DNA of 64,000 bases, filler included, from Jimgerdemannia flammicorona (taxonomy: Eukaryota): NCBI GenBank assembly GCA_003990765.1. It is 3 parts of 3 records of this genome, joined end to end, with 100 filler letters (N's around TTAATTAATTAA, not from the genome) between each part and the next. Parts side by side here need not be neighbours in the genome. Positions count along the whole stretch, not along the records: positions 1 to 21,410 come from RBNJ01001460.1; positions 21,511 to 42,918 come from RBNJ01001461.1; 1 more part is not named here. One strand, given 5' to 3'. Positions 13,916-26,366 of the stretch are shown piece after piece. Under the pieces are notes generated by a model. The model was not told where the DNA came from and searched no databases. It was given only the letters and a program-made list of their open reading frames with translations. The translations under genes were made by a program, and so were the position numbers. Within the stretch, counting starts at the first letter, position 1. Every line of letters starts with the position of its first letter.

Positions 13916-15038
13916 ATGAACACCACCAACACCGACCCCCAAAACGTATCCGATGGCGTCCAGATCTTTGTTTGGTCCGTTGTCGCAATCGGCATCGTCA
14001 GCTGCGGCTTCATCAGTTGCAAGGTCCTACTCGATCCGAACAGAATCCGGTGGAGCTGCTTCTTTCTGGCTTTCCTGACCTTGGGCATGGCCGTGGCGAA
14101 CGGCTTGGAGGCCGCTGGCACCTTTACTGGTCTACTCTACTGCGAATTGACAATCATTACTGCGTTACTGTTCAACAACTTTATAACGGTCATCACATTA
14201 GATCTTGGCGGGAAGTTCTACGGTCCGGAGGAGCGTGTCAACGGTCTATACTGGGTTTCCCTCGTCGCAAATATACTGATCAACATGGTGTTCATCGCGT
14301 CCTTGATCATGCACAACATTCCCTCAGTTTTCATTGCCAGCATCACTGTTGATCACATAGCAAGGATGTGCGTCCCGGTTGTTATATTTATCTCCTTCGT
14401 ATACGCATTTTATCCATTGATCGTAATCGGAACAGATGTGGACCATAGACCTGTACTCGTTATCGCTGTCGGGGTCTGGTAATTGATTATTATTATTATT
14501 ATTATTATTATTGGTCACTTCTCTCTTTTATGGTTCCGTCATTAGGGATGTTGCGTCTCAAGCTCCATATACACTCGCCCCATTGACCGCTCCAACATCA
14601 TTTACAGGTTTCTTACGGGAATGTTTCTTCTCTCAGTTTTCTATTTGATCACTCTGGTTATCTCCATTGTGTTTCCGTTCAATCTGTTCCATGAAATAAA
14701 CGTCATTCAGACCTCTATCGAGGCTTTCCTCAGGTGCGCACTACTTCGAAATCACCAATCGCAATCCATTGCATATTTTCAACGCTAATCTCAACCTTAA
14801 CTATCTTATATTCTCACCCCCGTCCCGCAGATTTGCCATACTCGACTTCTACTCCACCCAACCAACGAAATTCATCTTAATCATTATGAAACGACTTTTC
14901 CCGTCCTTGGTGGAGTCCTCGTCCAATGGCAAATCTCTCAATGGCCGTTACGAACTTCGCCTGGAAGTGGCAATCGATCTACAGGATGAACAATCCCCGT
15001 TCGTCGTGTCAAAGTCAACAACGACCGAAATTGTCTGA
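13916..15038 (+). CDS. Orphan 7-transmembrane (GPCR-like) protein, ~298 aa; exons 13916-14478, 14608-14733, 14831-15038
   Basis: GT-AG introns give one continuous frame. About seven hydrophobic segments, an N-terminal NTT sequon and a polar C-tail. CpG-rich, coding-like composition. Confidence 0.8.
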
Positions 15039-15699
15039 AGTTCTCATATATTATGGCAAACGATACTCACCCGACCTCCAACAAAAGGAGCGGGAACTCT
15101 CGCTGCAAATCCCCAACATTCTTGTTGAGCAATCATCTCTTACATTTCGCATAAGTGACAAAGTGTTTGGGGCTAATGTTCTTATTGGATATGTACATGC
15201 ATCAAACGAAACTTCCTTCGCCGGAACACATGAATCTACCACCTCTGTGTCAAAGGTTCATAGTATTATAATTCTATGCATTCTTAAATTTCGAGGTTGT
15301 TCCATCACAATGTATATTATTCTAAATACAAGACTTCTCTCAAATTGAGCGAAAAAAAAAAAAAAAAAAAAAAAGACCATGACCATTGTTTGGCCATAGT
15401 TAGCGATGGCTGCAACAACGACGTTTAGCATTGAGACGAATTTCTCCCGAGTTTACAATCGGGAAAACGGTGTCAGTAGAACCTCAATACAAGTCATGAT
15501 TAGGGGGGTTTTTTTTTATTTTTAAAAAAAAAAAAAGGTTTGTACGCGTAACCAGTCATGTTGGTTTCCAAATGTCTGATAGCCGAATAATTTAGTACGC
15601 AAAGCCTGTGTTATTTTGTGTCGGTGCTCACGAGGTCTGGGCCTGTTAGGTATTAGACAGAACGGGCGTGGGAAATGCAAAGACAGTGAAACTAGTGAA

Positions 15700-16238
15700 T
15701 GGGAGAGCCGGATCTGAAACCAGCGGGTCCCTAGCGGAACTGGCTCGCTGTTTAGGGTACCGTACATTCATATAAGTACATGTATGCCATGTAATTATGA
15801 GACTTGGTTTTATGATGCGTGTTGTGTAGCTGTGGCAAACCCTGAAGGCCGCAGCATTCATAGTCACCATTTCAAAAGTCTGCTGCAAATTGCCACTGCG
15901 CTTGAACTCTGGGAAATCGTTGGGATCAGGACATCTAACCACCGCAACATCACCGAACAATCTGGGTGTACTTTATAATAAGCAGAGCTGATATACTGAG
16001 GCAGAGCCGCAGTTCAAAAGGGCACTGGAGTTTCAGGAGATGGTTTTCGGATCGGAGCACCCCACAACTTCAGATCAACTTACATAACAATTTGGCTGCG
16101 GTTTATAGTAATCTGGGAAAATGACTTGGCTGAACGACTGTACAAACATGCACTGGGGATCCGCAAGAAGTCGTTTGGTCACAACATCCATATACTACTA
16201 TGTCACTGTACAGCCTGGCTCAGTTTTATAGAAAGTAA
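15700..16238 (+). pseudogene. TPR-repeat (kinesin-light-chain/TPR_12 type) pseudogene fragment
   Basis: Reads LGSGHLTTATSPNNLGVLYNKQS*YTEAEPQFKRALEFQEMVFGSEHPTT, then NNLAAVYSNLGK..AERLYKHALGIRKKSFG..HPYTTMSLYSLAQFY. Contains a stop and frameshifts. Confidence 0.85.
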
Positions 16239-16239
16239 A

Positions 16240-17748
16240 ATATGTATAAGGCAAAGTTGCTTACTAATAGACTGGGGGTTCCTCAAGACAAACTTCAATT
16301 CTCATATGGCTGGCTTCAGAAATTCAAGGAGTGCAATGGTATCCATCAGCAAAAGCTTGAAGGAGAGGCTGCATCTGTTGATCAGGTGGCTATTGTTAAT
16401 GCTCTGCCTTTATTATATGACAAATATATAAGTTATCCTTTGAAGAAAATTTACAACATAGATGAAACAGGTCTCTTTTATCAGTATATATCTTTATTAT
16501 ATTTTATCTTTCTCATTTTATCACTCTTACTCCTTGTATGATTCTTTCTAGACTAGAGTCAGATAGGTGTTTGATATTACAATACCTTAGTAGATATAAG
16601 AAAAACAAAGAGCATCTTTCCATCATACTTTATGCAAATGCTGATATCTTATATAAGTTGAATATATTGATTATTGGCAAATATAAAAACCTTTACTACT
16701 TTAAAAATATCAATATCCACAATTTTCCAATATATATCATCATAATATTAAAACTTAGATACTTACAGTTCTCTTCCAAGAATAGCTTTAAGAGTTTGAT
16801 CACCAGATTAGTAGAAAGTACAATAGATAGTATATTCTGCTACTTTTTGATAATTGTTCAAGTTATAAGCTAATGACCTAATTCTGTAGCATGTCAACAT
16901 CCATTTTCTCCCTCTGAATATTACTTCAAAAATATAGCCAATAGATATAAAAATTATCATATCTTTCAAGATATATTATTGTCACTTTTATATATAATAT
17001 ATTATAAATATTATCTATAGTACAAACTCTGTATAATCTGATCTCTAGATTTTTTTTTAGATAGATCTTGGAGTAAGTCAAGTTTGGCTTAAATATACAA
17101 AATCTAAAGATAGATATTCTTTAAACAATATAGTACATTATTCAAATATAAGATAAAGTATCAATGAATACTATCTGCAACTGTTAGCATTATACTGATA
17201 TTCTGTCTGTAACTACAAATACTAATCTATACAATTTTATAGATAACAATTATCAAGACAATAATCCAGTTCTCAATATTTTCTCTAAGATATTCAAAGC
17301 TCTAAGATTCCCTGATCTCATGTAAGTAAATAAGTACCTTTATATCCCAGAGAAAGATATCATGAATGAAGTCATAGAGGATGATTAGATTATTGAGAAT
17401 CTCATTAAGATGTTTAAGAGAATGAATGAGAAAAGTACTAAGTATTAAGATGAAGTAGATGATAGTAGCAAGATTGCTATAGTTACCCCAAGTATAGCAA
17501 TGAGGAGCTTGAATATTGTGTACACCTTTCTACTATAGCAAGAGAATATTACTGAGTATGTGAAGTTTACAGAAATAATTAAGAAGTTTATCAAAGACAA
17601 ACTATCTTAGATCAATATTTCAAATAATATATATCAACTATATTGATTTTCTATTGAAAAGACCCCTGATTCTACAAATGCACACTCTCTCTAAATACAT
17701 GATCTAGATCAGTCTCTAGGAGGGTGTATTTATGGAAATCTGACTATA
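16240..17748 (+). mobile_element. Degenerate pogo/Tigger-like (CENP-B HTH plus DDE_1) DNA transposon, 5'-truncated
   Basis: FSYGWLQKFK...IYNIDETGLFY; probable intron 16484-16550; later LLLLDNC-like and FLP(P)N motifs; right end ...GTGTATTTATGGAAATCTGACTATA resembling a decayed TIR plus TA. Confidence 0.85.
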
Positions 17749-19783
17749 ATTTGAAATAAATAAATATATAGCAAATAAGGATAATCTATATTATATAATT
17801 TTTAGATACTTTTAACATTATTCAAGAGCTAATACCAATTATTTATTTTGATTAATTTAATCTGTATAAATATATTACTCTGAAAATAAATAAATAAAAT
17901 AAATAGGATAAATTACAACCGAAAATTTATTGCGTGGGAACCCGTGACGTCACGAAAGAATCATGTGACTTGCCATAGTGCTTAAATCTTGCGCCACATT
18001 TATGACGTACACATATGTTAGACGACGTCACCTATTGTGACACCACAAAGTTCAAAGTCTAATTACGAATTATGAGAGTATCAAGAGATCGAATAACATT
18101 ACTGTGCCCACAACCCCACGAAACTTGAACATTATGTTTACGCGGGGCATTCAATCCCGTCAAAATCAATTTTCTCGCGTCAACTTGTACCTAAGTAATA
18201 AACTAACTGGAGAAAGGACAACGGCGATTCTAGAATATTGGTATCCACCAATAGACCCTATCACGCCCTTAGTGACACAGTGTAACGCATAAGAAACTGC
18301 TGTCAGTGTGAAACTACTGATTTTGCAGAGTACCAGAACAAAACGAACTTGGCCAGGATTTTTTTATTTTATTTTTATTCCACCCACTGTGGAATTGCTC
18401 AATGTTGGTAGTTGCGATATAATGATATGCTTTATACTGTACGGTTTTCCATTTCTTGTATACACCATGAACAATTACAACTGTATCACTGATCCGTGAC
18501 ATGTTTTAAAGTGAGGATTTCCCCTCACACATTTCAGATGTGATTGCTGTTTCAGGTTTCAGGCGGTGTGCCACATCCAAGGCGTTTCGTATGACGTATA
18601 TATGAACGAATTGTTCTACTGCCAGCCGCCCGAGAGACCAAAAGACCCAACCGTCACCACCCCACCGTCCTTCATCCTTTCTTTCCTTCATCCTTTTAAT
18701 GTGCTTTCCCAAGCTTCCTAGACCACCCCCTGCACTTGATCGAAACCTCTTCTTTTATTTTTCCAGAGGACCACTCCACTCCGCGTCTCAAGTATCCTTC
18801 ACGACCGAACTGCAGTTGCTTTAGTTGTTTCGATAACACGCTCTCGTTTTCTCTCTTCCCCCCCCCTTTTTTTTCTTTTCTTTTTTCCCACAGGAACTCC
18901 CCTCCTCTCATATTATGGATCTTTGATTTATAACCAAACTACCACAAAGGAACGGGTTAAGTGTGGTTGTCTCCAAGACACCCAGCCCCACGGGTGAGTT
19001 GCGGTGTCCCTTCGTGCTTGAGCATGGAGTCAAGCAGGACGGCGTCACCTCCGTCTCTCACGACGCCCTAAATCACGTACCTGGGCCGGATGAAGTCAAG
19101 AAGACGAGTGACGAACGCTGTAGCAACAGTCATACTGCAGCAACAGTCTCCTAGGCAAGTGGATCAGTCCCACCCGTATTAGGATCGGCTTACGATGGAT
19201 CGTCGCTGGTGTAGCAAGAGAAAGTGGAGGGGGGCGGCAAGTCAGCAGGGTCGGCGTAGGGGGGTGATCTGGATGGGTGGTAGATTTTCAAGATGGCGCG
19301 CTATAAGGTACGTGGAAGCCGACGCAACCCCACCTCCTCGTGGTGGCTTCTGGGTAATGCTGAGAGGGTTGCATTTTTATTTTATTTTTTCCATAAAAAA
19401 TGAAAGAGTTAAGACATATGCCATGTAGCTAAATATATAAATAAATAAATAAACTGTTTACATATGTTATTTCGGTGATCTCTCTTTCAATCGCGTCTGG
19501 TCGCGTATGGTCGCGCGTTAAAAACAAAATTGTGGCTTGGGCAGGAGTCTTCGGAAACCCAGCGAATCCATCCACTCAAACTGGGCCTCCTGAAGTGTCG
19601 AATGTGCCATTCCAGAAACTGGCCTAGGGAAGTGGCCGAGATAATGGACTCCGTTGCAAATAAGTTTCAACACTGGCGCCCCTATTTTATTTTTTTATTT
19701 TATTTTATTTTTTTTTTGCATCTGCTCAGAGTCATTCATACCGTCCCCTCCTCATCCAATTGCCAGCGCAGCCCACCAACAAA

Positions 19784-20340
19784 TGGCATATTCTCAAAAC
19801 GATCAAGAACCACGACAAACTGCACGCATCCGGGCGCCGGGCGAGCCAACTACGTCAGTCCTTATGAGCAACGAGGCTTGAGAAGATGGCCGAGAGGAGG
19901 TTAGCAGCAACCCCTTTGGGTGTTTTGATATACCTTGGGCGTCATTGTGTTTTCGGTGTGATAGCGCGCCGCCGTTGCAGTGAGGGTTTTCCGGAAACTG
20001 TATAGACACTCGCTCATACCCGTCCCTCTCCTAACGCAGTCGAACGCTGGCTCTGGTTTTGCTACGTGCTAGACGACGCACTGCTCTGAGCGATCTGGTC
20101 GGAGTTGTACGACCTTATCGACATGTACGTTCTAAACTTCCATTCGTTCATCATAGCATCTTGGGATATTCGCTCACTCGCGCGTCATTCATTCATCCGT
20201 CAACAGACACCCGAAGCGGCACGACGAGCTCGCGAAGCTTTAAGCACTCCATCGGTCCATCGGAAAGGGCAGCGACCAAAGACTGTCAGGGAGGAATTGC
20301 TGACAGCATTGATTAAGGAGTGGGACGAATATGCGCTGGG
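19784..20340 (+). pseudogene. Possible decayed multi-exon gene of unknown function
   Basis: Intron-like signals (GTTAG...CTAACGCAG at 19900-20039; GTACGT...CAACAG at 20125-20206) flank coding-like segments. No continuous frame. Confidence 0.3.
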
Positions 20341-20762
20341 ATTTGGTGCGTGCTTTGCTCTTTTGAGTGTCTTCGTTGGCGTGGGTGTAGTGAGGTGCCG
20401 TTGGATGGTTGGCGGGAATGAGATGGAAAGGGATGGGTGAGGATTGCGGTAGATGTGTTGTAATGATGGTTGACAGAAAGGGGTTGACTTTGAGGTATCG
20501 ATTATGAACGTGGTAATATGTATCGTAAAAATGTGCGCTTCATTCGTCTAATCTTTTCCTTCTGGAAAACGATTCCCCTTCCATCACACAGAAGAACCAG
20601 ATCTGACCAACCCCACGAATGTCCAAATTGTAAAGTCTGTCCGTCTTCATCATTGCGTTCAAGGTCTCATTTTTTTTCACTCGATCGGTATCGGTCACAT
20701 TCCATCTCTCACTCCAAATTGCTGACACACACATCCCCTCCCCCTTTTCCATTCCTACATAG

Positions 20763-20880
20763 ACAGTGGGATAGCGGCCGCAATAGCCCACACGCATCAG
20801 GACCCTGAGCATAAAGGAACACCCAGATATTGGTGCTTGAGGTCAGGTGTGAGGGTCAAGTGCGGCGGACGGACAATCAG
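20763..20880 (+). pseudogene. Possible flavin amine-oxidase N-terminal remnant
   Basis: SGIAAAIA...(frameshift) ILVLEVR...GGRT resembles the GxSGLxAA...VLEARxRxGGR dinucleotide-binding motif. Confidence 0.35.
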
Positions 20881-21410
20881 AAAGATGCCTCTCTAGTTTT
20901 CAATACCGTTGTCATAGTTATCGACAATCATGGAAGACCTCCGGGGTTGCTATACTCTAGTGACAATGTTTAGCAATTATTACATCCAACTTACATAGGC
21001 CAGCAAACGCCTGCGGAAGGTAGCATATTTATAGTATTTCGTATTTCGTATTTCGTATTTCGTATATACTTCGTCGACACGGTTGTGTCATATAGATGAA
21101 ATCCTTTTGTCATTTCACTAACACAAACTCAAACACCTACTTACGGGGATTGGAAAGCCCGCAGAACTGGACAGTCATAAGGCGATTACTTATTATTTTC
21201 TCTGCACAGGTTCTATTTGCACCATTTATTAGAACCTCTATGGTGATCGGGACAATGGAGAAAAGCGGCACTAACAGCCGGAGCCGGTCGAAGGGAGAAG
21301 TCGGTCCATATTCGAAACCGTGGAACCAGTGTTTGCTATGTGGAGGCGTTGTAATGCATATTTTCATATTCTCATGCTGTTCTCAACACTTTTTGTTCTT
21401 TTTTTTTTTT

Positions 21411-21510
21411 NNNNNNNNNNNNNNNNNNNNNNNNNNNNNNNNNNNNNNNNNNNNTTAATTAATTAANNNNNNNNNNNNNNNNNNNNNNNNNNNNNNNNNN
21501 NNNNNNNNNN
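21411..21510. other. Assembly gap with artificial TTAATTAATTAA linker
   Basis: 100 bp: Ns flanking a linker that carries stops in all six frames. Confidence 0.97.
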
Positions 21511-21519
21511 AAAAAAAAA

Positions 21520-22311
21520 GAGAATTTGGATAACTCGGAGAGCTCGGATGGCAGATTCTTGATACTATTACATCAAGGACTAGCTTCGTTTGCATGGGGT
21601 TACATCAAATAGACTGGCTCCACTGTAAAGTTGCATCAGAAGACTGGCTTGTGGCAAGATTCCTTATAACGGGCTCTCTGGGAATAGCAGATGGTGCAGA
21701 TTCTTCCTGAATCAGCAGGCTTCTTAAGTAACTCGGGTTCTCTTCTTGGCAAAGTTACATCAAGACTGGCTTTGTGACAAGATGGCAGATTTCTCGAATT
21801 CTTCAGGTCTATCTGGCAAGTAGACCAAAAATGTAGTGGACTTCTCTTGAAAATAGTGGCAAAGTTCTTCCTCAAACTTAGATGACAAATACTCTTGAAC
21901 TTGTTCTTTGTATCAGAAAGTGGACTGGAGTGGGGAAAGTAAGCTTACAATCTCCTAGCAATGGCTTTAGAGTTTCTCTTGAAGTGTGGTAGGCAGACTT
22001 GTCTTTTGCTTTTGAACTTTTCAAACTGAGGTTTATTCACTCTTGTCTCTGGAGTATTTTATATAGTTGTGGTTGCTACTTAGTTGCTATATGGCTAATT
22101 ATAGATGACTATCTATGGCAAGTATTCCTGGATGGTATAGTGTACTAGACTGGTATGGTGTACTGGTTTGATATAGGTAAACATACTGTTTCTGGTATCT
22201 CTGGCTAATTATACAGGTTGGTACAGTAAATCAGTCTTGGTTGCTTAGTGTACTAGATATGGTATGTAGCTAATTTATGATTTTGGCAATATGATTCTAC
22301 TGCTCATTACA
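21520..22311 (-). repeat. Gypsy family A LTR (minus strand, cut by the gap)
   Basis: Reverse complement of 26367 onward (TGTAATGAGCAG vs TGTGATGAGCAA); flanked by ATAT. Confidence 0.85.
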
Positions 22312-22630
22312 ATATATAGAAAATGAAATCTACTATAAGGCCTAAGAATTTATTATAGAGATAGAGATAAATCTCAGAGAATTATCTAGGGCATTTTTTA
22401 TCAGAATTTAAAAAAGAATACATATAGCTGAGTTCAATACTACTAACTAAGATATTATAGGTCTGATGATCTTTATAAATATGATACTTCTAAATATCAC
22501 CTAGTATATCTATACTTAAGATGTCAGAAGATCTAAAGAACAAGTAGATGCAGCTCAAGGATTTTTCAATATTAGATAAGAAATTACCTAGAGTGATTAT
22601 AATAAGAAAAATAACAAGGAAGACCTCTCG
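22312..22630 (+). mobile_element. Decayed gypsy family A gag fragment
   Basis: Matches 28445-28760 and 61410-61730 (e.g. AAGTAGATGCAGCTCAAGGATT). Confidence 0.75.
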
Positions 22631-22639
22631 GTTGGTTCT

Positions 22640-23295
22640 GGTATAGGTGACTGCTTTTTGGATAGTTTCAGGATAGATAAGTTCCTCCTCTGCTACACCA
22701 ATAACAAGACCCTCAATTACAGTATCCAGTACTCTAAACCTTACATTTTGTATACTCTTTATTATAATATTCTCTACCTCTCTCCTACCTGCATCACTGG
22801 CTAACTTCAAAGAGATTCTACTCTTTATCTCTTAACTCATCTCTCTGTCCTCATTCAGAACCCCAGCTTATCTTCTCCTACAATTTTTTTCTAGTATATC
22901 ATATGTTTAGAAGCTATCAATCTACTCCATATAGCCTCTCTTACCTCTTCACTATTGTAGCTCTCCAATAACTCTCTCTGCTTGTACTATCTCTATTCCT
23001 TCTCTCACTTTACTTTATTAATATACACCCACTTTCTATTGATCTCTACCAAAAGTATTGAGTCCTCAAAGTGCTCCCATACCCTCAGTCTCAACTCTAT
23101 AGCCCTACTCAACTATCAGAAAGCAATCAATAAATCCTCCTTCTTCTCCTCTGATCTCTTTACTCTGAAAATCTTATACTCAAAAGACTCTAATTTCATT
23201 ACTCTTGACCAATTCCCAATCTTTCCAAAAGCCTTCTTTTCACTAATTAAAGCTGAATATCCACATCTCCCATCCTGATCTTTGTCCTCTCTTAT
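22640..23295 (-). mobile_element. Decayed LINE ORF1 fragment, inverted relative to the adjacent ORF2
   Basis: Minus-strand similarity to 32700-33390 (e.g. QNVRFRVLD...EEELI vs QQVKFGVPE...EEELV). Confidence 0.7.
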
Positions 23296-23304
23296 ATCTA
23301 AAAG

Positions 23305-26240
23305 CTGGTCATTGGGTCTTATTACTGTCTGATAGTTAGGCAGTTATAAGTAGAATAGATTGAGGGGCTTTTGGAGTATAGTGCACTAATAGAGGCTAGG
23401 GTTGACTTACTGAAAAGTGATTTTAATATAGTATAGAATGTAGGGTAGATTGCTCAGATAGAGAAACTAGAGTGGTCAGCTGGTGAGCTGGATAAATAGA
23501 AGGAGGTAGAATAGCTGAGTGCTCTAGGGGATGTAAAATGGGTAAAATGAGATGATCACAGAGTATTTACACATTGAGTAGATGGTCTGAGAATAAGGAT
23601 TAACTGGGCTCTAACAGCTGACTATTGGGGGCAAATATTTGAAAGGAATTAAAGGTAGTATAGTATCTCTGATCTGATTATTAGAGAGTGTTGAGACCAG
23701 AGAACTTTAGTAAGAGTGGAGATAGATCTGGAAATTGGTGACTGAATTATAATCTGTTAGATAAAAAGAACTATAAGATAAATGGAGTGAGGCAACTACT
23801 ACTTATATTAGAGTATAGTGATAGAAGACAATATCAGTTAGAGTGAGGTGGTTATAGCTGAAAGATAATACAAGAATATATTGAGAGGAGATAGGAAAGC
23901 TAAGAAGCAGCTATATTAAGAAGTGAGGAATGTGGACTTATAGCAAATAGTGATGAGATAGATTAGTGAGTTGAAAGAGTGAGAGTAGAAATTGAGGAAT
24001 TTAAAGAAATGTTGAGGGAGAGAAAGAGGTAAGGATATAGGATATGGTGGCAAGGCTGAGGTAGTAGGGTCCTGAGGAGAGAGAGAGACTGATAAAGTAT
24101 CTTTCTCAACTCTTGAGGGCTTGAAGGGTATAGCAGAGATAGAAAGGTATCTTGAAAGATAATAGAGTAGTAATTACCAGTATCTAGAGAATCCTGAGTA
24201 AGTTAAAGAATAGGTGGAGATCTCTGTAGAGTAAGGAGGACAGGGAAATAGATAGTAATAGCATTGAAGAATTTCTGGAGAAATAGTACTCTCCTTTGAT
24301 AGATAGTCTTGAGGAGTTAGTAAAATCAGTCTGTGAGGAGAAGATTGTGTAGATTCTTTTAGCTACTAAGTTGAACATAGCCCCTGATAAGGATAGATTA
24401 TCATGGAACTTTTGGAAGAAAATAGTAAGAGTGAAGGGGGTTCTTTAGGAAATGTATAAGATGTATGATTATATCTTAGATTCTAGTATATAATTAGGTA
24501 TATAAAAGCTGGGACTGGTGATACTATTGTTCAAAATCAAAGAGAGGCAGGAGGATTGAAAGAATTGAAGACCAATTATACTCTTAGATATGAACAGAAA
24601 ACTAGTGATGATAGTGTTTGTTGCACATCAACAGATAGTGGCCCAATAGGTACTTAGTGAGAAGCAAAAGAGTTTTGTGAGAGAATATTTGATAAGAGAT
24701 AGCACAGCATAGGTACATGATCTTATTGAAGAGGTGAGAGCTGCTGGAGTAAATAGTCAGCTTGTATTCTTAGATTAGGAGAAGGCATATGATCAGGTAT
24801 AAAGAGTATAGCTGACTAAAGTACTCAAAAGAATTGGTATTCCTTCAGTACTGAGAGACTCCATTATTGTTACCAATACTATATATCTTATTATTGGAGC
24901 TTTTACTGAATAGGATTTGACAGTATATAGGTGGCCTGATGGTTTTAGAGGTAAACTGAAAAGTGAGAGCATTTGTAGATAATATAGTATATAGTAGAGT
25001 TAAGATTAGTGATAGATGTAATTGAACTTAAGAAGATATTTGACTAGTATGAATATTATTCTGACCAGAAGCTGAACTGATATAAATGTGAAACAATAGT
25101 ACTTGGGAATGATATAATTGGTAGAGATATTGTAGGGTTGATTGTTTTCTCTAGTGAGGTGGTACACTATTTGGGAATTTTTCTCTCAGTATATAGATTA
25201 GTACTACTAAAGATATGGTAAGAGAGTAGCTTGGAGAGATTTGCTGAAGAGATGGAGAGGGTGGCACATCTCTCTAGTAGGTAGAGTAATGATCTTGAAC
25301 ATTTACTAGATACCAAAGCTATGATATTTAGTATATCACTTAGACTTTTCTATATAGGTAGTTAAGTAGTTACTGAGATTAGTAAAAGACTGACTCTGGG
25401 CAGAAAAGAGAAGTCAGGTCAGCTGGGAGATTTTGGTGCTATTAGTAAAATGAGATGGTCTGGAGCTAGTGGACTTCTCAAAATAATTGCACTACTTATA
25501 AGCTTGGTGGTTAAAAAGGACAGTAGAGCTATAAGATAGAAGATGGGTTCCCCTAATATAGAAGATATAGAAGTTTAAATATACACCACAAATGTCTTCT
25601 GATGATCTTCTGATAGTGATAGATGAAAGAAGTAATCAAAGATTGCACTATTAAGGATTTTGATAGGGAGTCATCAAGGGTATCCACAGAGTATGACTGT
25701 ATTGAGTAGGTAATGAGAGTGATATAGAGTAGAAGTAAGAGATATGACAGTAGAATTGTCTAATACTAAGGAGTTCACCTGCAATTGAGTTTGACTTGAG
25801 TGATGGAGTGGAATGTCAGCAGGATTTAGGACTGAACTTATAGTCTAATAAGTTAGTATTAGAGAGGAGTAGAATTAGACAAAACTCTGAGCCTAAGGAG
25901 TAGAGATGAAGAAGTGAATTTTTCCAAGTTCTGGATAGTTTAGTAGTGGATGATATAGAAGAATATAATACTAAACTACAGATAGGAGTACTTGGTAGAT
26001 GGTGGTATCTTTAAATATAAGGAGTATCTTAAAGTGAGATAAGAGGGGAAGTGGTATAGATGTCCAGATATCTTGGTGTAGAATAAAGAGGAAGAGAGAT
26101 GGATAGTAGATGGGAGGTGCTGAGATAGTGAATATTAGAGGAGATTGGGGATGAGTGGCTCACCCTAGACTGAGTATTGGCAGTTTGTGAGCTTGGCTGA
26201 TCATTGGCAGATAGTTTTTGATTAATGTCTGAGGGTGGGT
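23305..26240 (+). mobile_element. Heavily mutated LINE ORF2 (endonuclease and RT)
   Basis: Remnants of GDFN, RIDW, N(W)RPIILLDMNRK, LD(Q)EKAYD, F(A)D(D), YLG motifs, colinear with 34200-37330. Confidence 0.85.
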
Positions 26241-26366
26241 TATATGATAGATGAGAACCAAGATATCTTCTCCTAGATTATATATCTTGAGGATCTTCTT
26301 TGTAGGTTTCTTCTTTTTCTCCTTTCAAATTTTTGCTCAGTCATCTCCTCTCTTGAGTGTATGTAT

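Noticed and set aside
18963..19154. Short ORF with CPF and VPGP (heme-protein-like start)
   Set aside because: GTG start, no supporting downstream exons, and motifs too short.
21455..21466. TTAATTAATTAA palindrome (also 42963-42974)
   Set aside because: Artificial linker inside N gaps; adjacency across the gaps cannot be trusted.
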